Shown: positions 56,594 to 64,000 of the stretch, piece after piece
Position numbering within the stretch: the stretch's first letter is position 1
How the letters are laid out: each line of letters begins with the position of its first letter
Source of the DNA: Planctomycetota bacterium
GTDB lineage: Bacteria > Planctomycetota > GCA-002687715 > CAIWVZ01
Reading direction: 5' to 3'
Assembly: GCA_044222185.1 (NCBI GenBank)
Contig: JBGANV010000006.1
Location: forward strand, 64,001-128,000
Length of the DNA stretch: 64,000 nt
Notes under the pieces: generated by a model
The model's database searches: none
What the model was told of the DNA's origin: nothing
Seen by the model: only the letters and a program-made list of their open reading frames with translations
Program-made: the position numbers and the translations under genes

Positions 56594-58165
56594 ATGGCGT
56601 TGCACGAGCGCGTATCGCGGGACGAGGGGCGGCGGGTCCGCCGGAGGCGCATCCGGACGCTCGGCGTTGCGGTGGTGCTGACGGCGATCGCCGTCACGGC
56701 GCGCGTCGAGGGGCAGGACGCGAAGCCCGAGGAACCGAGGGGCGCGTTCGATCTCACCAGGCTTCGGGGCGAGCTGTCACGCGCCGACGCACCTGACCGC
56801 GTCCCTGGGAACCTGGCGCTCGACTCGGCCGCGCGGGACGTGGCGAAGGCGTTTCGTGCGATCGGCCTCACGCCGGCTGGCGACCTCGACGGCAGTGCCG
56901 TCGGGTTCCATCAGTCCGTCATGTTCTCGGCCGGCGCGGCGCCGGCGGAGGACTGCTACATCGAGCGCACGTTGCGGGGCGACGTTCGTCGATGGCCGCT
57001 CGGCGAAGGCTTCGGTTGCGACGCCTGGTGTGACGTCGACGTCACGGGCGCCGGAGTCGGCTTCGGCATGGATGGGGCGGCGACAGCGTTTCGCGCCCCC
57101 TGCACCGCAGGAAAACTCCGTGACCTGAACGGCGGTCGGGTCGAGCCCATCTCCGTCGCCGACAAGATCCTCTTCATCTCGTCGTGGAACTCGCCGAAGC
57201 GAGCCGATGGAGTCGAGGTCCCGGCCTTCGCGAAGGGTGTCCGGGGAGCGGGCGTCCGCGCCGCCGTGTACGTCAGCACGCAAGGCGCCGCTTTGCGGCC
57301 GCCGAGTGGACGCTTCGTGGCCAAGAGTCGGTTCCAGCGGCCTGCTTCGGGCACACCCACCTTCTTCGTCACGCCCTCCGTCGCCAACGAGATCTGCGCG
57401 CTCGGCGACGGCGGCGGCGACTTGATAGGCGAGCTGGGCAAACTGACCGGCGACCTCAAGATGGAGATGGCGATCATCATGGACCCGGCGAAGTGCAAGT
57501 TCCGCATCCGCGTCAAGTGTCGCCAGGAGGACGTGAAGGTCCCGAACGTCGTGGCGCGAATCGACGGAAGCGACCCGAAACTCGCGTCGGAGTGCGTCCT
57601 CGTGTGCGCCCCCATCGACGCGACGGGCGGCTTCGGCGCGCCCGCGGCATTCGGGAGCGGCGACCCCACGCGGCCCGCGTCGATCGTCGCCGCGGCGGCC
57701 GATGCGCTTCGGCGCGCGCCCTCGCGCCCCAGGCGGACGATCGTCGTCGCCGCGACCTGCGGCGGCGAGCCGGACTTCGCGGGAACGAGCTGGCTTTCGA
57801 CGCACCTTCCCACGGGTGTGAAGTCGATTGCCGCGGTCCTCGGGGTGCGAGTGATGGCGCCGTCCAAGGACTCCAAACCTCCGAGTGCCGAGTCGTTCCG
57901 GCTCCTTTCGAGCGACCCGGCGGGGCGGGCGTCGGCGGCATTGGCCACGGAGGCCCGCACGGCTGACATCAGCTGCGATCCGGGTACGCCCGAGGAGGCG
58001 GCGCGGTGGGATCTGTCCGTGTTCTCGCGCAGGAAGGTGCCGACGGCGTGGATCGTCGCGCCCGCGGGTAACTCCGCGGGCACGGACGCGTCCCTGGCGG
58101 GCCTGCTCGCGCGCGCCGTCCGCGTCGCGGCGGATGCCGACCCCGTGCCGCCGGCGGGACGCTGA
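56594..58165 (+). CDS. M28 peptidase-like protein with PA-like insert and degenerate zinc ligands
   Basis: FRAIGLTPAGD...FHQSV, PNVVARIDGSDPKLASECVLV, PRRTIVV match the M28 scaffold. Start may be ATG at 56533. Confidence 0.75.
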   Translation: MALHERVSRDEGRRVRRRRIRTLGVAVVLTAIAVTARVEGQDAKPEEPRGAFDLTRLRGELSRADAPDRVPGNLALDSAARDVAKAFRAIGLTPAGDLDGSAVGFHQSVMFSAGAAPAEDCYIERTLRGDVRRWPLGEGFGCDAWCDVDVTGAGVGFGMDGAATAFRAPCTAGKLRDLNGGRVEPISVADKILFISSWNSPKRADGVEVPAFAKGVRGAGVRAAVYVSTQGAALRPPSGRFVAKSRFQRPASGTPTFFVTPSVANEICALGDGGGDLIGELGKLTGDLKMEMAIIMDPAKCKFRIRVKCRQEDVKVPNVVARIDGSDPKLASECVLVCAPIDATGGFGAPAAFGSGDPTRPASIVAAAADALRRAPSRPRRTIVVAATCGGEPDFAGTSWLSTHLPTGVKSIAAVLGVRVMAPSKDSKPPSAESFRLLSSDPAGRASAALATEARTADISCDPGTPEEAARWDLSVFSRRKVPTAWIVAPAGNSAGTDASLAGLLARAVRVAADADPVPPAGR

Positions 58166-58477
58166 GCCGCCGCGGGCGCAACCGCCGTTCGGTTCGCGAG
58201 GCGCGCGCGTCGTTCGCGACGCCGTCGGGCGCGTCGGGGAACGGTTTCGACTCGTGGCCCGATCGATCGCGCGTGGGCGCGTGGCGCGGCCTCACCCGAC
58301 GCCGGGATCGGGAGTAAGATCGGCCCCCGCGTCGGACGAGAGCGGCGCGTGGTGAGAAGTTCGCGCCTGCCGGTTCGGTGCGACGGAACGTCGCGTGAGA
58401 TCTCCTGATCGAGCGGCGTCTCGTCCAGGTCGATTGTGTCGGTGTGTCGTCATCGCACCGACGGAGGAGAGGGTGAG

Positions 58478-60121
58478 ATGTCTCCACGTTCCGCAACCGG
58501 TTGCGCCCTGACTTTCACGCTGGTGTCGGCGATCGCCGCTTCTCTCGGTGCGCAGACGGTCTGCAGTGCGGCGAGCTTCGGCTCCCTCACGGCCGATCCG
58601 ATCACGATCACGGGCTCGTGGACGATCGGCGACCTGTGCACCATCGACTTCCAGGGCCGTCACGTGATCCTCGCGTCACCCTGCACGATCCAGGTCGACC
58701 GCGCCACGATCCTCTGCGGCAGGCTCACGATGAACGGGAACACGCACTTCACGGGCGTGCCCACGGGCCCGCGCCGGTTGACCATCGACACGGCGAACCA
58801 CGGCGTCAACACGGGCGACGTCTCGATCGCGGGCACGATCGACATGTCCGATCCCGCCCAGGGAGGCGACGTCTTCATCAACGCGTTCAACGCATTCACG
58901 ACGACGGGCAGCGGCTGGATCAAGACGAAGTCGACGGCCACCGGCGGCTACGGGGGCTGGCTCTCGATCACGGCCGGGGGGGCCGTGACCATCGGCGGGG
59001 CGACGACGGCACTCGATTCCCAGGGCTCCACCGACGGTGATGGCGGCGACATCGACATCACGTCCGTGAATTCGACCGTCACGATCACGCGCATGGTGGA
59101 CGCGTCATCCGCGAGCAGCGATTTCAGCTTCGGCGGCTACGTCACGATCTCGGCGTTCGGTGCGGTCGTCACCGCGGCGGAGGTCCGCACGCGTGCGAAC
59201 GTCGCCGGAGACGTCGACGTGATCAGTCAGAGCAGCGGCGCGATCACGCTGGGTGCACCGATCAACGCCGACGGCGTCGGCACCGACGGCTGGGGCGGAT
59301 GGGTGACCATCAGCACCGCCGGCGCATGCAGCCTCGGAGACATCATCGAGGTGAACGGCTCGCTGAGCGGAGGCTCCGCCGGCGTCATCGACGTCGCGGC
59401 GCAGACGCTGACGGCCACGCCGAATTGCCGTCTCCGAGCGAACGGCAACGACAATTCCACACCGGGCGGTGACGGCGGATGGGTGACCATCGACGTCTGC
59501 CAGGCGAACTTCCTGCCCGCCAGTTCGATCGTCGCGCGTGGCAGCAACACGGCCGGCACGATCGACGTCACGACGCACGACATCATGACGATCGCCGGCA
59601 CGATGAATGCCTCGACCCCGGGTAGCGTCGGAGCCATCACGTTGACGACCCGTCTGTCCGCGCCGTATTCGCCCGTGCTCACGGGCTCGACCTTCACCCC
59701 GGCGCCCGCGGTCGTCCACCAACCGTCGCTCTCGCCCTGCCTCGCTCTGCCCACGTCCACGCTGACGGGCACGAGCCCGGTTCCCGCCGGCGGTGTGTTC
59801 CACCTCCAGGTCTCATCCGTGCCGGGCAAGCAACTGCTCGTCGTCGCGCAGCCCGCGCTCGCCTACCTGAACCTGGGTCCGCTGGGTTTCACGCAGATCG
59901 ACATCTTCACCAACGCGCTCCCGTTCGCCGACCCCGGCTTCTTCGGTCCGCCGATTCCGGGATCGATCACCGACTCCGCAGGCAACTGGCAGTTCAACTA
60001 CACGCTTCCCCTCACGCCGTCTCTCGCAGGGCTCTCGATCTTCGTCGAGGCCTACGTCCTGGACTCGACGGCGGCGAACGGCGTGTTCCACCAACCGCCG
60101 TACCTCCGGGTGAATTTCTGA
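58478..60121 (+). CDS. Secreted beta-helical repeat (haemagglutinin-like) protein with shared C-terminal domain
   Basis: GGAGGAG RBS; signal LGA|Q; about 10 repeats GG(W/D/Y)(V/I)xI / AGxIDV at ~30-aa spacing; ends PSLAGLSIFVEAYVLD...LRVNF. Confidence 0.87.
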   Translation: MSPRSATGCALTFTLVSAIAASLGAQTVCSAASFGSLTADPITITGSWTIGDLCTIDFQGRHVILASPCTIQVDRATILCGRLTMNGNTHFTGVPTGPRRLTIDTANHGVNTGDVSIAGTIDMSDPAQGGDVFINAFNAFTTTGSGWIKTKSTATGGYGGWLSITAGGAVTIGGATTALDSQGSTDGDGGDIDITSVNSTVTITRMVDASSASSDFSFGGYVTISAFGAVVTAAEVRTRANVAGDVDVISQSSGAITLGAPINADGVGTDGWGGWVTISTAGACSLGDIIEVNGSLSGGSAGVIDVAAQTLTATPNCRLRANGNDNSTPGGDGGWVTIDVCQANFLPASSIVARGSNTAGTIDVTTHDIMTIAGTMNASTPGSVGAITLTTRLSAPYSPVLTGSTFTPAPAVVHQPSLSPCLALPTSTLTGTSPVPAGGVFHLQVSSVPGKQLLVVAQPALAYLNLGPLGFTQIDIFTNALPFADPGFFGPPIPGSITDSAGNWQFNYTLPLTPSLAGLSIFVEAYVLDSTAANGVFHQPPYLRVNF

Positions 60122-60368
60122 TGTGGGCGGCGCGGCATGCCGGCTGAACCGACGAGTTGTAAAGGTCCGTTGTCCGGGCGGCGCGAGTCGTCGATCGCTG
60201 TCAAACGGCATTGACGGTGTGCGATGCCGCCGCCGTTCGGACCGTCACCCGGCCGCTACGCTCGTTCGGTGGCGGTCCCACGATTTCTCGCCGTATCCCC
60301 GCTGAAAGCCGCCTAATCTAGTGGATGTTTCGATCGACCCGCGCCTGCCTTGGGTCCGAAACGGTGTG

Positions 60369-60384
60369 CGGCACTCGTGTTGCT
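60369..60384 (+). promoter_or_regulatory. Putative sigma54 (-24/-12) promoter CGGCACTCGTGTTGCT
   Basis: GG-N10-GC spacing is exact; GGCAC and TTGCT match the consensus; 70 nt upstream of ATG 60455; palindrome at 60198-60217. Confidence 0.72.
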
Positions 60385-60454
60385 AAGGCGAGAACCGACG
60401 GTCTTCCACGTGCGACGAGAAGACTGTCGAACGCCCCGAACAAGGAACCCCACC

Positions 60455-61654
60455 ATGGCGCGCTGGCACGATCAGTTCTCCCGACTCCGACCGGCCATTC
60501 TCGGCCTGGTCCTGGTGCTCTCCGCGGCGCGCGGCCAGTCGCCGCAGACTCCGCAGGCACCGCTGGCGGATCCCAAGGCCGATCTCGGCCGCGCCCTGTT
60601 CTTCAGCCCGCAGTTGAGCACGGGCGGCAAGACGAGCTGCAGCACGTGCCACGACCCGGAGAAGTCGTTCACCGACGGTCGCGCCGACTCGCGCGGCCAG
60701 CTCGACATCGGGATCGGCCGCAATTCGCCCACGATGTTCGCCATCGGGCAGGTGGAGAGGTTCCGCGATCCCCGGCAGGCCGAGCTGGCCGCGCCCGGGC
60801 GCCGGCCGAAGGTCATGTCGCTCGAGGAGCGTTGCCTCGCTCCCATGGAGAACGAGCTCGAGATGAGCGCGTCCGTCGCCTCCGTCGTGAAGGCGCTGCG
60901 AACGGACAAGACGATGAACGAGAAATTCGATCACGCGTTCGCCGGCACGGGCACCGGCGTGACGAAGGATCGGCTGGCGCAGGCGCTCGCGGCGTACCTG
61001 CGCACGCTCGATCCACCGACGACACCCTATGCCGCGTTCCTCCAAGGCAAGCAGGACGCGCTCACGGAGGTTGAGAAACGCGGCCTCGCGGCGTTCTCGG
61101 GGAAGGGCGCCTGCGGTTCGTGCCATTCGGGCTCCGCACTGAGCGACGGGCTCATGCACGTCGTCGACCCTCCGGGCGGCCAGCGCATTCAGGATCGCGT
61201 TCATGCCGCCACCGAGCGGAAGATCGCGCTCATCAGGCGTGAGTACGAGGTCAAGAAGCCGGGCACGCAGGCGACCATGAGCGTCCAGGCGATGATGGCG
61301 GAAGCCGAGAAGCGCCGCGATCTCCCAGGAGGCGGTGGCTACGACCCCGCGCAGCTCGAGGTCCAGACCACGACGCTGTGGGACGTGGCGCGCACGGGTC
61401 CTTACTTCCGCGATGGCTCGGCCGCCACGCTGAAGGATGCCGTCTCCCAGCACGTGTCCGAGCTCCGCACGGTCGCCGCGCGGAAGGACGAGGTGAAGAA
61501 GACGCTTGCCGAACTCGATCGTGGAGGGAAGCGCAGTCCGATCGAGCTGCGCGTGTCGCGCGAGTCGACGGTTCCCAAGCAGATTCCAGGCGAACTCTCA
61601 GGTCAGGAGATTGACGACATCGTCGTCTTCCTGAAAGCCCTCTCTCCGCGTTGA
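60455..61654 (+). CDS. Di-haem cytochrome c peroxidase/MauG superfamily protein (atypical)
   Basis: LGRALFF, SCSTCHDP, RNSPT, CGSCH, TGPYFRDG, LSGQEIDDIVVFLKALS; signal ARG|Q. Confidence 0.88.
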   Translation: MARWHDQFSRLRPAILGLVLVLSAARGQSPQTPQAPLADPKADLGRALFFSPQLSTGGKTSCSTCHDPEKSFTDGRADSRGQLDIGIGRNSPTMFAIGQVERFRDPRQAELAAPGRRPKVMSLEERCLAPMENELEMSASVASVVKALRTDKTMNEKFDHAFAGTGTGVTKDRLAQALAAYLRTLDPPTTPYAAFLQGKQDALTEVEKRGLAAFSGKGACGSCHSGSALSDGLMHVVDPPGGQRIQDRVHAATERKIALIRREYEVKKPGTQATMSVQAMMAEAEKRRDLPGGGGYDPAQLEVQTTTLWDVARTGPYFRDGSAATLKDAVSQHVSELRTVAARKDEVKKTLAELDRGGKRSPIELRVSRESTVPKQIPGELSGQEIDDIVVFLKALSPR

Positions 61655-61765
61655 CGCCGGCGGACGTCTTCGCGGGAACGTCACCCAGAACTTGCGAGCG
61701 ATGGATCGCCCGGCGGCGCAGGGCCGTCGGGAGCGGTCCCGGTGCGTGTCAATGGAGGAACAGGT

Positions 61766-62665
61766 ATGAGATCGAAACGGTGTGCACAGGTCGCGATGGT
61801 CTCCGTCGCGCTCACGCTCGCAACGTCGGCAGCACTCGCGCACGGGTGGACGTTCTCGCCGGTTGGCGGCGGGAACGTCGGAGCGACGACGCAACAAGCG
61901 CCCGCGCGCTTCACGGCTGGCGTCAACAGTACGGAGCCAGGCGCGTCCATGGGGCCGGCGACCGCCAATCCGAGCGGCGGAGTGACGGGCGCAAAGGGCG
62001 GATCGACGGGCCCCGCCAGGTCCAAGAACGCCCTCTCTCACCTCGACAAGGACATCCACATCGATTGGAAGCTCGCCTTCCTGCCGGTCGTCAAGAAGGA
62101 GGGGTATGACCCCGTCGTCCTGACGATCGACGAAGCGCTGACGATGTCCCCCGCCGACGGTGGGTGGCTGCGCGAGAACCGACCGTCGCTCGTGCTGGTG
62201 ACGGATCCGCTCAGCAAGGACCACCAGGCGCTCGTGAACAAGCTGGAGAACGACGTGCGGTTCAAGACCGGCACGTACTTCTTCAACTGCTTCCGACTCG
62301 AGTCCGCGGACGCGGGCAAGGCTCCGAAGGAAGCCCGGCTCATGATCTACGCGGCGAACGGGGCGCTGCTCAACGAGATCGCCGTGGAGCGCAAGCTCCC
62401 GCAGGCGTTCTCCACGCTGGAAGACGCCTTCAAGACAGCGACCGGCGCCGAGCTCTCCGGCGTCGTGTGGAAGATGGACTCGGCATTGAAGACGCGCGCG
62501 GCCCTCGCGCACGCCATGAAGTACGCCGAAGGCGGCATCGTCTGCCCGGACTGCGGTCACGAGCGTGATGACGTCCTGGCCGAGATCGCACGGATCAAGA
62601 TCCGCCAGCAGGAGTGCGAGCTGGCGATCAACGCGCTTCGCGCGCCGACGACGAAGAAGTCGTGA
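61766..62665 (+). CDS. Secreted hypothetical protein with thioredoxin-like region and C-terminal CxxCxH
   Basis: GGAGG upstream; signal ALA|H; low-complexity linker; RPSLVLV...FNCFRL; C-terminal VCPDCGH. Confidence 0.75.
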   Translation: MRSKRCAQVAMVSVALTLATSAALAHGWTFSPVGGGNVGATTQQAPARFTAGVNSTEPGASMGPATANPSGGVTGAKGGSTGPARSKNALSHLDKDIHIDWKLAFLPVVKKEGYDPVVLTIDEALTMSPADGGWLRENRPSLVLVTDPLSKDHQALVNKLENDVRFKTGTYFFNCFRLESADAGKAPKEARLMIYAANGALLNEIAVERKLPQAFSTLEDAFKTATGAELSGVVWKMDSALKTRAALAHAMKYAEGGIVCPDCGHERDDVLAEIARIKIRQQECELAINALRAPTTKKS

Positions 62666-62673
62666 GAACACAA

Positions 62674-62867
62674 TGGTCGTCGCGGGATGGCGGTGGTGTC
62701 AGCCCATGAGTTTCGCTCGGTCGCGAGACCGAGTGGAACGCCGTGGTCCGACGTTCAGGCCATTTCGTGTGGGGACAGGGGTAGGTTTCCATCCGTCGCA
62801 TTTCGTGGCGGTGGGTGGACCGGGCCGGGTGTCGGATCCCGACCGTTGCCGTCACCCGTGACGACCA
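62674..62867 (+). ncRNA. Candidate structured non-coding RNA of unknown class
   Basis: The 5' and 3' ends pair over ~23 bp with G-U wobbles; internal 13-bp GNRA hairpin; further stems; fills the intergenic gap; directly followed by a terminator. Confidence 0.6.
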
Positions 62868-62898
62868 GGCGCCGCCGCAATACGGCGGCGCCTTTTCT
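62867..62898 (+). terminator. Rho-independent terminator
   Basis: AGGCGCCGCCG-CAATA-CGGCGGCGCCT followed by TTTCT. Confidence 0.85.
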
Positions 62899-62945
62899 CG
62901 TTCAACCGCCACTGATGCGGGATGTTTCAGCCTGGGAGTTCGAGC

Positions 62946-64000
62946 ATGTCTCGCCTCAGCCGTGCCACCGTTCGAGCCTGGTCCGTCTGCGTCGCCGTCT
63001 GTGTGGCGACTGCCGTCACGCCGGCGCAACACCATGAGAAGCCGGAGAGTCAGGGCTCCGTGCCCGCGAGCCTGCGACTGAAGGGCGACCCGGGGCGCAC
63101 CGTCGAGTTGCGCGGCACGACCGACGCGCCGTCGGTGACGCATCGCGCCATGGGCGGCATGGTGAAGGACCTGGGCGTCGTCTGCCGCACCTGCGTGGAG
63201 GCTGGGACCACGGCCATGCTGCCGACGCAGAAGACGTGGGCCGATGGCCTGATGCTCGGTGCCGACCTCACGATGATCGAGCCCTGGCTCAAGCGAATGG
63301 CGGGCGTCGATCCGGTGATCCTCTACACCCAGCGCGCAGCGGTCGCCTGTTGCCTGGCGCCGGCGAAGGGCGATGGGATGACTCAGGAGGACCTCGATCT
63401 CCTCCGGGACACCTTCCCGCGGCTCAAGACGATCGACGACGAATTGGATTCACACGCGCGGGCTCACCTGTGGCTGAACCGGATCCGCAAGCTCGGAGAC
63501 CAGTTCGGAGCCCTCGTCGATCCGCAATCCAAGGGGTGGTCGACGATCGACGTCGAGGGCGGCACCCGTGAGATCCGGATCGAGATGTTCCTCTTCTCGC
63601 GGAAGGAGGCCCATGACGCCTTCGTGCAGCGCGCGTTCCAGCCCGGCACGTTCCCGCTGTCCGGCGCCCTGCTCCCATCCGGCGCCACCGGGGCCGTGCA
63701 CCTCGAGCGAGGACTGTCTCCTCAGGCGTGGATGCGGCGGGTCACCTTCTCGACGGCACGACAGTACGCCCGCTCGTGGACGCGCTTTCGTTCGACCGTG
63801 CCGCCGTTCATCGAGGTCGGCCTCGCGCATTACTTCGAGCTGCGACCCGGAAGCGCCCACTTCGACGAGGCCGGTACGTTTCCTCCCGACCTGAAACCGC
63901 CGGAGGACATCGACCAGTTCGTCGCCGACTTCGTCACGGCTGGCAAGGCCGCGGACCTGACTCCGCTGTCACAGACACCCGAATCCGGCCTGTCCGCGCG
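62946..64000 (+). CDS. Secreted hypothetical protein (3'-truncated; absent from the ORF track)
   Basis: Manual translation MSRLSRATVRAWSVCVAVCVATAVTPA|QHHEK... appears open to the window end; GGGAG RBS; contains CRTC and VPPFIEVGLAHYFE. Confidence 0.8.
   Translation, partial: MSRLSRATVRAWSVCVAVCVATAVTPAQHHEKPESQGSVPASLRLKGDPGRTVELRGTTDAPSVTHRAMGGMVKDLGVVCRTCVEAGTTAMLPTQKTWADGLMLGADLTMIEPWLKRMAGVDPVILYTQRAAVACCLAPAKGDGMTQEDLDLLRDTFPRLKTIDDELDSHARAHLWLNRIRKLGDQFGALVDPQSKGWSTIDVEGGTREIRIEMFLFSRKEAHDAFVQRAFQPGTFPLSGALLPSGATGAVHLERGLSPQAWMRRVTFSTARQYARSWTRFRSTVPPFIEVGLAHYFELRPGSAHFDEAGTFPPDLKPPEDIDQFVADFVTAGKAADLTPLSQTPESGLSA

Noticed and set aside
62860-62867. 3' ...GACCA end suggesting tRNA or tmRNA
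   Set aside because: The CCA is base-paired in the closing stem, and no T-loop (TTCRA) or cloverleaf is present.

Overview
GC-rich bacterial chromosomal segment with about 38 protein-coding genes. The gene families (ECF sigma factors, DUF1501, SBBP propellers, many large secreted proteins) suggest Planctomycetota; this is inference, as no marker gene is present. I saw no rRNA, tRNA, CRISPR array or transposase. About half the genes encode signal-peptide proteins: S8, S9, M28-like and gluzincin peptidases, beta-propellers, beta-helices and Ig arrays. Housekeeping-type genes include a glycogen debranching enzyme, an RNB ribonuclease, a UbiA-like protein, an AlgX/AlgJ-like protein, an MMPL transporter, two ECF sigma modules and a fluoride riboswitch-crcB-MFS-hydrolase unit. 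Strongest leads: (1) a shared ~110-130 aa terminal beta-rich domain on about ten otherwise unrelated secreted proteins, with near-universal Gln at position +1 after the signal peptide, which resembles the cargo signature of a surface-sorting system; (2) an unannotated ~195-nt highly structured + strand RNA followed by an intrinsic terminator (62674-62898), downstream of a putative sigma54-driven operon with a non-canonical di-haem protein; (3) several enzymes or transporters with eroded catalytic motifs. All family calls come from motif recognition by eye, not database searches, and start codons are my best estimates.
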